A DNA stretch of 63,187 nt, counting the filler, from Trichomonas gallinae (Eukaryota): assembly GCA_008369845.1 (NCBI GenBank). It is 3 parts of 3 records of this genome, joined end to end, with 100 filler letters (N's around TTAATTAATTAA, not from the genome) between each part and the next. Parts side by side here need not be neighbours in the genome. Positions count along the whole stretch, not along the records: positions 41,987 to 63,187 come from MRSU01000798.1; 2 more parts are not named here. One strand, given 5' to 3'. Position 1 is the first letter of the stretch. Each line of letters begins with the position of its first letter. The notes beneath the pieces are model-generated. The model saw nothing but the letters and a program-made list of their open reading frames with translations, was not told where the DNA came from and made no database searches. Shown here one piece after another: positions 54,522 to 63,187 of this stretch. Both the position numbers and the translations under genes were made by a program.

Positions 54522-57335
54522 ATGATTGAAGAATGTTTGCTGCACAACTTTTGCAAAAAACTTGCGCAGCTTGATAAAGTCATACAGGGCTACTGTGCGA
54601 ATTTGGAGGAAAGGAAAATGCAGAGCAAACAGCTCAAAAACTGGATGGATAAAACTATAACAAAAATCAATCAAGAATATATCGAAAAAATCACAAAAAT
54701 ACAGCAAGAATATGATAAATTAGCGTCCAATAATACTGATACTAGTAAAAATAACTACGATGAGCAAGCAAATAAAATATTTCAATCATTTAAAAATGAA
54801 ACTAAATCGATAACAGACCATACAAACAACAGATTAAAGGATATTGAGGTGTCAGTAGACAATTTACGCAAAGTTTTGCCTTCAATCATTCAGAATTTTT
54901 CTGCTGAATCTTATATTTTTACGAATAAAGTAAATAACTTTAATCAAGACCTAAATAAAGCTATTGAGAAGTCTAATAAAGACCATGAGCTTGCTTTGAA
55001 GAAAGTAGAACAGGATTTTGCCGCTAAATCTGAAAATGATGAAAGAGAATCGAGAAAAAGGATGATGCAAATGGAAAACTCTTTTAAAAACGAGCAGCAG
55101 AGACCGCAGACAGCTTTGGGAGATACGAGAACGCCAGCAATAATAAGGCAATTAAAAAAAGATATTTCTGAACATAAAAAACTAGTTTTACAGATGTCGC
55201 AGAAAGTTAAAAACATGCAAGTCATCGCTGAATCGAATATTAACTCATATAGGGACAAATTCAAAGGATTAGTGTCTGAAATTAAATTTATTTCACAATC
55301 TAATGAAAAAGCGCTCGAAAACGTTCAAAAGGAACTTGATAGCGCCGATACTGTCCTTGGGGCACAGAAACAAGGTGTAATTTCTAGGCTAGAAGCAGAA
55401 ATCAAAGAAATTACTTCATTAATCGAAAAATTACAGAAAGAACTCGAAGAAAACAAAATTGCTCACCAAAAGATGCAAGAAGAGATGAAAGCTAGGCTCT
55501 CAGAGACAAGCGAAAGCAGCCAAACCAGTTTTAAAGAAATAATCGAAAGACAAAAACAGGAAATCGAAATAAGAAGAGGAGAAATCTCAAAAGTGCAAAA
55601 AGAGGCTGATGCTAAGTACAGAAAAGTCAGCGAAGAGTTCAACAACAAAAAAATCGAGCTTGATGAAGAATTACATAAATTTAATGTTGAAAACTTAAAA
55701 ACTTACGACGAAACTGAAGAGCATGACTTAATTGTCCAGCACAGTGAAGAAATCGAGCAAGAAATACTTAATTATCAATCAAAATCTTCTGCAATTTCAT
55801 CGAAATTCGATCAGATTAAAATTACGAACTCTAAGATACCAGAAGCTGCAAAGAAATTAGCCAAAATGCAAGAGGAACTGTTAAATCTGCAAAATTCGTA
55901 TAATGATCAAATTCGTCAATTTGAAATCGCAGCGAAAAAGGAATTACTTGATCTGCAGAAGCTGTTTGAGCAGGAAAAAGAAGAATTGGCCAACAAATTA
56001 AGCGATGAAGAGAAAGAACTCTCGAAAGAACATGAAGGATCAATTTCTATGCTTCAGGACTCTTTTGATGAAGAAATACAGTCATTTATCAACGAATTAA
56101 GCGCACCAGGAGAAGTTGAACAGATTCCTTTGGCTTCTTCTCGTTCTTCTTCAAGATTTAATCTCGAAATTGAAGAATTTAACCATTTGAACACGGAATT
56201 GGACGCCCTTCAGATGCCGCCAGGCTATCAAAGCAGTATTTCAGAGGATTCTGAGCTCGAAGAGCTTCACAATCAAAAGAAATATATCAAAGAAAAAATT
56301 AACTCAGAAAAAGCCATTTTAGTCAAAGAATTCGAGAATGAGTTCGAGATAGAAAACCAAAGTCACTTGGATAAACTCGTAAAACTCAAAAATACAAAAG
56401 ATATAACTCAAAAGTCCGAAAAACTCAAGCTTCGATGGAACAAAGTCTTCACGGATCTGGAGATCGAGATCAAAAAGCTTCAAAGCACATTGAAATCCGT
56501 CAAAAAAGGTTATTTCAAGAAATCAGATTCTACGGGAGACTCAGAAATCGATGAATGGCAGCACAGACTATTTGAGGCGAGAGAAGAGTCCGAAAGAATC
56601 GTGAAAGACAAGCAAAATGAAGTGAATTTGGATATAAATTTGATGCTCGATGAAATTCAAACGGCGAAGAAGGCAAATTATGCTGCCAATGTCGAAGCCG
56701 ACAACCAATGGGAAGAAATACACAAAGTAATCAAAGAAAAATTCACAGTTGAATTAGATAAAAGATCAAAAATGCGAGCGGACGCTGAAGAAGCGATAAA
56801 CACACTCACACACAGACTCTCAGACCGCTTAGAGAAACGCAAAAATGACCTAAACAACCAAATCGAGAAAATCAAGGCTAAACTTCAATCCGAAAAAGCC
56901 CTGCATGTTGATGATTCGATACAAGTCGACCAGAACGTGCAGAGGAGACGAGACAGCCTCAACACACGCAACGAACGCTTGGCACACGGCTGGGCGAACG
57001 AAATCGAGGAGTTAAAAGGAAGACGAGAGAAACTTATAAACGAAATCTCTCAGATTGTTATGGTTTCGAACGCGAAAATCGATGCATACAAGAATGAGGT
57101 CAAAACTCGTCCGCCGAGGCCAGAAGAGCAGAAAATCATTGATAATCTGCAAGCGAGGCTCGACGAGATAAACAAGGAGCTGATTCTAGTCGGCCGAGTG
57201 ATGCTGAACTACAGAGACTGTTTGCTGCTGAAGAACGAGCAGTACAACGCGAGATTTGCGAGGACTGAGCCAGTGGCAATGAGAAATTCCATTATGGTTC
57301 TTCCTCCACTGCCACCTGTTAATGATGTTTGTTAA
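54522..57335 (+). CDS. FAM184-like large coiled-coil protein
   Basis: N-terminal KKLAQLDKVI (FAM184 KKIAQLTKVI) and C-terminal RPPRPEEQKII..L......NYR..L...NEQYNARF (FAM184 R.S.PED...I..L...FY.LEL.NRE.NFN..F), with coiled coil between. Confidence 0.65.
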   Translation: MIEECLLHNFCKKLAQLDKVIQGYCANLEERKMQSKQLKNWMDKTITKINQEYIEKITKIQQEYDKLASNNTDTSKNNYDEQANKIFQSFKNETKSITDHTNNRLKDIEVSVDNLRKVLPSIIQNFSAESYIFTNKVNNFNQDLNKAIEKSNKDHELALKKVEQDFAAKSENDERESRKRMMQMENSFKNEQQRPQTALGDTRTPAIIRQLKKDISEHKKLVLQMSQKVKNMQVIAESNINSYRDKFKGLVSEIKFISQSNEKALENVQKELDSADTVLGAQKQGVISRLEAEIKEITSLIEKLQKELEENKIAHQKMQEEMKARLSETSESSQTSFKEIIERQKQEIEIRRGEISKVQKEADAKYRKVSEEFNNKKIELDEELHKFNVENLKTYDETEEHDLIVQHSEEIEQEILNYQSKSSAISSKFDQIKITNSKIPEAAKKLAKMQEELLNLQNSYNDQIRQFEIAAKKELLDLQKLFEQEKEELANKLSDEEKELSKEHEGSISMLQDSFDEEIQSFINELSAPGEVEQIPLASSRSSSRFNLEIEEFNHLNTELDALQMPPGYQSSISEDSELEELHNQKKYIKEKINSEKAILVKEFENEFEIENQSHLDKLVKLKNTKDITQKSEKLKLRWNKVFTDLEIEIKKLQSTLKSVKKGYFKKSDSTGDSEIDEWQHRLFEAREESERIVKDKQNEVNLDINLMLDEIQTAKKANYAANVEADNQWEEIHKVIKEKFTVELDKRSKMRADAEEAINTLTHRLSDRLEKRKNDLNNQIEKIKAKLQSEKALHVDDSIQVDQNVQRRRDSLNTRNERLAHGWANEIEELKGRREKLINEISQIVMVSNAKIDAYKNEVKTRPPRPEEQKIIDNLQARLDEINKELILVGRVMLNYRDCLLLKNEQYNARFARTEPVAMRNSIMVLPPLPPVNDVC

Positions 57336-58114
57336 TATTAGTAAAAAATTGTTTGTTATTTGTTTGTAATCAAATCTAATTTTTTTTATTTACACAATTT
57401 TAGATTAAATAATAGAATCAACTGAAATTATGAGAATAAATTAGGGAAATTCTTGGCTAACTATGGTTTTTTGTTGTAAATCATGAAATAAAATTTTGAT
57501 ATTGATAAAAAAACTCTTTTTGGTGTTTCTTTAATATAATTATTCACTTTTAAAATGCTTATAAAGCAGTTTATTCCTTTGATAAAGCTCATATATGAAT
57601 ATTTTAGAACAAAAACATTTAAAAGCATATAAATTCGGAATTAGTTATTATATTATTGTTTAATTAGGTAAATTAAGCCATTGGATAAGATATATATCAG
57701 TCTAATTCATTATTATCTTATTTTTGATCGGAAAACATTGAAGATATCAAAGTGCAACAACATCATTTAAAAGGTTAGAATGATGCTTATTATATTCACA
57801 TCAACAAAATATTAGCTTAGTAATAAAATAAAAAAGTTTCTCATCAATGGGTTAAAGTCGTCATTGTTGACATGTAAAGTGACTAAACGTTTCCATGATT
57901 TTACTGCTATTATTTAAACCATAGTAAGATTTGTAGTGGTTTTTCAACGGGTGGAAAAACTATTTCTTTTGAATAAAAACTGACATGTAAAGTTCTCAAA
58001 AGATCGTATTCAATTTTGATCAATCTTAATTTATTATTTTTCCTTTATTATTTGTACTGTTGACGAATCTGTGATCGATAGACAATTTTCCAAAAAAGTT
58101 GACATTTTTCAAGA

Positions 58115-58321
58115 ATGAGCGATTTATCCGACGAAGGAATGTATAAATCTATGGAGTCATCCTCCAGCACGGAAGAGGCTGTTAAGGAGGAGAGCGTCCA
58201 CGAAACGCCTAAAGTTAAGAAGCCATATGAAACTCCATTCACTGCTGCAGATCAGGTTCCAAATGTATTGGATGTTGAGCCTGATTTGCTTTACACGAGT
58301 TTTACATACTACGAATCCTGA
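58115..58321 (+). CDS. Small acidic hypothetical protein, 68 aa
   Basis: GC-richer coding-like island with ATG in an AAGAATG context. Upstream TGACATGTAAA (57868, 57981) and AAAGTGAC (57876). Confidence 0.5.
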   Translation: MSDLSDEGMYKSMESSSSTEEAVKEESVHETPKVKKPYETPFTAADQVPNVLDVEPDLLYTSFTYYES

Positions 58322-58592
58322 AAATCAGCTGTTGAATAGCGATTCTAAGGATTTTATTAATTTCTATCAAATAAACATATTTTACCCTATAAAATGAAAT
58401 ATATGTGGTCCAATTAGTTTAAATATATCATCGAATATGAGAAACTCGCTAAATTTAATTGAAATTTGAAAAATATCGGAATTTTATCAAATCTATCTTA
58501 TACATATTCCTATTAAGGCAACACACATTATAATATGTGAGCTGATTTAGTTCTTTTCGATTATTTTATGAAATAGAATTTTATTTTTTACT

Positions 58593-59546
58593 TTAATATG
58601 ACGTATTTGAGAAATGCTTCTTCCATATAAGGAGTGCAGCGAATGGTGTAATAATGAAGAGGATAGACCAAGCAGCAACTTCAGATGATCTGATTCCAGT
58701 TGCATAAGGGATCTGCTTGGCAATGGATATGATATCCAATCCAGAAATATCGTTTGCAATCATTCTTCCGGCTTGAACAATTGCATCTTGCGTGTAATCT
58801 TGACATTTCGAAATATATTCTTTGGAAAGTGTTGATCCGTTTGTAATTCCTTTGTAAACGAAATCACGGGTGAAGTTGTATGTTGATTTTACTGTAAAAT
58901 CGAGATCAAACGAAGCAGGCCAATCTTCTGTTGAAAAAGCAACAGAAAGTTGATCCACAAGTTTATCAATGCGTTGCCAGTCAGCATCAGAATCGAATGA
59001 TATTGATGTATCAAAAAATCCGCAACCAGATTCCCAAACGTCATATAAAGATGTTAATTTTCCGTTGAAATTTACGTAGAAATCTCTTCCATTTCGATCA
59101 CCACCCTTGAATTTAGAGTCAAAATATTCTGAAACGTGCAATGGAGAGTAAACATCGCACATTCCAGCCAAATAGAGCTTTAAGTTGAAAGAAAATGGCC
59201 ATGTTCGTGTCACCTTTCCGCCACGAACAGAGTTTCTGATTTTGTAGAGGTTGTCTCTAAGATTATCAACATCAATGTAATGATCGAGTTCAAGATTTTC
59301 TTCATTTATTGGTTGCGAGTAAAAATGCCAATGGTTGAATGACGCTATATTGAATGGAGGCCTCTCAGCGTAGTAAAGCCAAGCAGCTGCCTGAGAAACT
59401 CTTGTAAATTCATCTCCTGCGTTGTTGAAGACGAGATTGAGCTTCTTTTGCGCTGAAAAACCAATCTGGCGCAGCCCTATTTCGCCGGCAATGGCCATCA
59501 TTTGATCCGTCCAGCAAAAACAAGTAGATAAGAAAACCAAAAACAT
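58593..59546 (-). CDS. S1/P1 (class I) nuclease-like protein with C-terminal TM; probably catalytically degenerate
   Basis: Signal peptide followed by Trp, HWHF, D...PLH, GGDRNG, L..VWE.G, AG.M.A, and a C-terminal TM helix followed by KK. Confidence 0.8.
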   Translation of the reverse strand: MFLVFLSTCFCWTDQMMAIAGEIGLRQIGFSAQKKLNLVFNNAGDEFTRVSQAAAWLYYAERPPFNIASFNHWHFYSQPINEENLELDHYIDVDNLRDNLYKIRNSVRGGKVTRTWPFSFNLKLYLAGMCDVYSPLHVSEYFDSKFKGGDRNGRDFYVNFNGKLTSLYDVWESGCGFFDTSISFDSDADWQRIDKLVDQLSVAFSTEDWPASFDLDFTVKSTYNFTRDFVYKGITNGSTLSKEYISKCQDYTQDAIVQAGRMIANDISGLDIISIAKQIPYATGIRSSEVAAWSILFIITPFAALLIWKKHFSNTSY

Positions 59547-60684
59547 TTTTTTCTGTCCCCTGGATATTTTTGTTAAGCCCCAAATTTCATTTTTACTTAT
59601 TTTTTCTTTTTTTGAGTCTTCTTTACTTTAATTTGTAATTTAAATGATCTAAAATGAAAGAGATGAGCCATTAGCATCTAATTATATGATTCAAATCTCA
59701 GCATAAGAGATTATATTTTTATCGATTATAAAAATCTTTAAAAAGAGCATCAACCCATTAATTATAATATTATACTTTCGAAGAAAAACTATAATCTCAA
59801 ATAGTTATTTTTAGATTCCGAAATTGGAAAAAAGAATTTAAATATTTTAGGGAAATAACAATCAGTATTCTTAGATATTAAATTCTCTTAGATATAATAG
59901 TTATTCACGTATCGTTTAGCTTCGATATTACTGTGAAACTTAAACATTGCTTATTCCTTGTGTTTTAAAAAGTATCAGAATAAATCGTATTTAAAATTAT
60001 GCAATGTGAAAAGAAAACTGTTAAGATCCAAAAGATTAAGATCACCGGTCGCTAATTTCTAAATCAATCAAATTAAATAATGAACTTAAAATAATAAGAG
60101 TAATATCCTTATCCTTATTCACCCCAAAATTACCAGTTTATTTAAAAAGTATGATCATCCGACCTAACCTGAAAAAACAAGGATTTGCATTATGTCACTT
60201 TTACCGAAAATCTTATATACTTGCTTTTACATAATTAATATAATATAAGAGTAACCTTATCCTTTATTGATTTTTTTTTAGAAAATTAATGTCACTTTTT
60301 TAGGTCAAAATAAGCAAATTTGACAATTATTAATGACTACACGTATAGCGAAATCGGATTTGTCACTTTTAATAAGATCGCGAACATTTGTCAATTTTTT
60401 GAAAAAAAAAATCTTTAAAACGCATTAAAAATATTGATAACAGTACTCACACATTTCTTATATAAAACTGAAGTTTTGACTTTTTAAATTACAAATAGTA
60501 TTATCATAATAGAGCATTAAAATTATCTATTTTTAAAAATTTTGTTAGTTAATAACCACTCAAACTGCCGATAGAAAAATTTTATCGTATTTATTAATTT
60601 TTTTAATCCTATCATAAGATATTGACTTTTTATGATGTTTTATATATTTTTAACCCAACAATTAATTAAAAGAAAAAATAGCAA

Positions 60685-61599
60685 ATGAATCTTCAGAACA
60701 GATATGAGCCAAGACAATACGAAAAATATCTTCCCATAGGTGTCCCTCCGATGCCACCGACATTTCTAGGCAAGGTAGTATGGGTACTTAAGTCTAATTA
60801 CTTCACGAATTTTTTATGGGCAGTTCTATATCTAGCAATTGTCGTTCTGACAACAGCTTACGTTCTTGTTTACGTTGACAACACTCGCCCTGATGGATAC
60901 AGATTACCTGACCAACTACATTTTCAAAATACATATTTACAAATTTATCCTTTAATTGATTTCATGATGTTCGTTCTTGTATTTTGTGGAGCCGTTCAGC
61001 TTGTATGGCCTTTGAGATTGGAAGCATTCGTTATCGCAAGAAGATGCATTTTCATTTTCGCAACGCAACTATTGCTCAGAGATTTTACAATCGCTTTCAC
61101 TCATTTACCAGATGCCAGTGCTCGTTGTCCCAAGCCAGCCGAACCAGTAACAAATTGGACTCCATGGAATATCATGGGATACATGGTTCGCGGCGTCACG
61201 TGCGGTGATATGATCTATTCAGGACACACTTGTGCCCTTCTCCTTCCGACATATATCGTCCAACATTACTATAAAGGATGGCTTTGCGTTTTCATGTGGG
61301 CTTGCTTCATTCTAATTGCTATTTTCATCGGTATATCGAGACTACATTACTCTGTTGACATTATTTTGGCATTTTACATCTTTACGTTTCTATGGACTAT
61401 TTATCATGCGGTTGCTGAGCATCCGGATGCATTCGCTGATCAACTTCCTGCCTTGGTCAGATGGTTCTTCATAAAGATGGAGTGGTCTTGCCCATATTAT
61501 CCTTATATTCCGGACAAAGAGCATCACAATGAAGCTCCAAGAGAATCACAGATTGAAGAGCACTCACCAGAAATGAAAGAAGATATTTTGGCCGCCTGA
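60685..61599 (+). CDS. Sphingomyelin synthase/IPC synthase family enzyme (compact form)
   Basis: LPD, RRCIFIFA...LLR.FTI.FT.LP, CGDMIYSGHT and RLHYSVD; about 6 TM helices. Confidence 0.88.
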   Translation: MNLQNRYEPRQYEKYLPIGVPPMPPTFLGKVVWVLKSNYFTNFLWAVLYLAIVVLTTAYVLVYVDNTRPDGYRLPDQLHFQNTYLQIYPLIDFMMFVLVFCGAVQLVWPLRLEAFVIARRCIFIFATQLLLRDFTIAFTHLPDASARCPKPAEPVTNWTPWNIMGYMVRGVTCGDMIYSGHTCALLLPTYIVQHYYKGWLCVFMWACFILIAIFIGISRLHYSVDIILAFYIFTFLWTIYHAVAEHPDAFADQLPALVRWFFIKMEWSCPYYPYIPDKEHHNEAPRESQIEEHSPEMKEDILAA

Positions 61600-61774
61600 C
61601 TATAATTATTAGGTGACTATAATAATTTAGATGTTATTGAAATTAAAAATTATGAAATATGTAGTTCTGTCCAAATGTACTCATGTTATGCTGATAAAAT
61701 TCATTCTATTCAAAAATATTTTTGATAAAATTAATTTAATGAATTTATTGAACAATAATGAAAAATTCATAATA

Positions 61775-62795
61775 TTACGATGAATCTATTAAAAATACAA
61801 AGAGATGGAGCATATTAATGTTATTATTAATTTGAATATTTCTGCAAGTTTGAATATACTCATTAAACGCGGTTATTATAATCACTCCATTGCGACTATT
61901 GATTGCATAATCAGTTTTTGCTATAAAATCATCATCATGAAGAGATAAGATTGAATTATTTACAAAACCACTTCCACCTCCTCCTGAGCCACATCCTCCG
62001 TCCCAGTGATCTTTTGTTGACGTTCCACCAGCTCCACCATAATAGCCACCTCCTCCTCCACCTGCACCCCAAGCTTGGTAGTGTGTTGATGCGTTTCCAC
62101 CAAAAAATTTTTGTCCGTCTGTTGCTAATCTTGTTGTGTTTGCTCGACCTCCTTGATCTTGCTTCCCACCGCTACCAAAGTATCCAAAGCGCCAGCTGAC
62201 ATATAAGCCATCTTGTCCTGCCTGTCCTCCACCATGACCACCATTAGAAGTCGCGATACAGCCACCACCGCCGCCGCCAGCGACGATTATTCTGCTCTCA
62301 ATATTGTTATCATTCATTCTTATGTCTGTTCCACCACCACCTCCTCCACCATTGCAATTGTAAAGCATTGCATCATAACCTCCATTCCCACCACCATTGT
62401 ATCCTCCTGGCACAGTTGTGTTCTTATAATTTGATTCGATTCCATCTGTTCCATGGCCGCCGATATAAAAATACATCTTAGTGGTCTTATTTGAGTGGAA
62501 ATAACCTACACTATAGCCTCCAAATCCAATTCCTCCACCTTCATATTGATGCGGACTAGCAAAGCCTCCAGCAGCTCCATAAAGCTCAAATTTATAGAAT
62601 CCTCTGCGTAAAAATGCTATATACGGTGTGCAGACGATATTGCTTGAACAAGGATAATTTAATATATATTTTTTAAGAGATGTTTCATTAACAGTTATAT
62701 TAACAGCTCCTAAAGAGGCATCTTCTAAATGAAAATGTATATCATTGGGCTTAATTCGGGAGAAATAATATTTGCATCATTAAATCAACAAACAT
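61775..62795 (-). pseudogene. Glycine-rich (ALK/LTK Gly-rich-like) surface protein with a frameshift near the 5' end; pseudogene or sequencing error
   Basis: The frame of the 62476 ORF stays open upstream to 62776 (YPC.....CTPY...GFYKFELYGAAGG...GGYSVG...YFYIGG...GGGGTDIR...RIIVAGGGGG). The leader MFVDLMMQILF from ATG 62795 is in another frame; the shift is at ~62762. Confidence 0.75.
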
Positions 62796-63107
62796 TTAGA
62801 AAAATAACTGACACATATAACCTAACCAATGAACCAATCAACCATGTCATGATAACATGACTAAATTTAGAGATTTTAAATATTCATACCAATAAAGACA
62901 ATAATAACATATAGTTATATGGTAAAAAGTGAAGCTATATTTATGAATTTTATGGTTTTGACCTTAAATCACATATTTTTTTGACTAGATTTATTCAGCA
63001 AATTTGTGAATAGGTCTAGAATAAAAGTCATCCATTCATGTAAGTTTATTCATTAATATGAAATATGGTCTAATTACATTAATAAAAATGTTTAGGAAGG
63101 ATCCAAT

Positions 63108-63187
63108 TTACATTTCGCCATCCTCTTCCTCATCACCACCCTCGACGGACTCGGCAGCGACTTCGTCGTAGTCCTTCTCGAGGAGGG
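63108..63187 (-). CDS. TUBA: Alpha-tubulin, C-terminal end; rest of the gene lies beyond the window
   Basis: Not in the ORF track. Translates as LLEKDYDEVAAESVEGGDEEEDGEM*, with TAAA at the stop. Confidence 0.92.
   Translation of the reverse strand, partial: LLEKDYDEVAAESVEGGDEEEDGEM

Noticed and set aside
1..63187. tRNA/rRNA genes, spliceosomal introns, transposase or Maverick ORFs
   Set aside because: By eye I found no cloverleaf with a T-loop, no ACTAACACACAG-type intron 3' end and no transposase/integrase ORF; a computational scan could still find short ones.

Overview
AT-rich eukaryotic genomic DNA, very probably from a Trichomonas-like parabasalid. The evidence is intronless genes, short 5' UTRs with Inr/M2/M3/M5-like core promoter motifs, TAAA poly(A) signals overlapping stop codons, a transmembrane adenylate cyclase and other Trichomonas-type expanded families, and an alpha-tubulin tail ending in Met. 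The window is three contigs joined by two artificial 100-nt N/TTAATTAATTAA linkers. It holds about 30 genes: CFAP20 (partial), TM adenylate cyclase, nicalin, 2-Cys peroxiredoxin, ZNF277-like, TKL, CK1 and two CAMK kinases, importin-beta-like, two sphingomyelin-synthase-family enzymes, an ankyrin protein, RSPH1-like, Misato, ENT transporter, UBA protein, 14-3-3, Arf1, two tandem RasGAP-like genes, CFIm25, a bacterial-type phosphatase, FAM184-like, S1/P1-nuclease-like, a glycine-rich protein and alpha-tubulin (partial). Several pseudogenes and gene fragments are also present. The most interesting observations are: (1) an 11-bp motif TGWCATGTAAA found 18 times in intergenic DNA, including a phased 8-unit array; (2) an SMS-family enzyme whose N-terminal multi-TM module resembles that of the adenylate cyclase; (3) an MLKL-like four-helix-bundle/active kinase/ARM protein; (4) a membrane-anchored S1/P1 protein missing most Zn ligands; (5) dispersed and tandem non-coding repeats and a candidate structured RNA. 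All family calls are by-eye motif recognition; no database searches were run.
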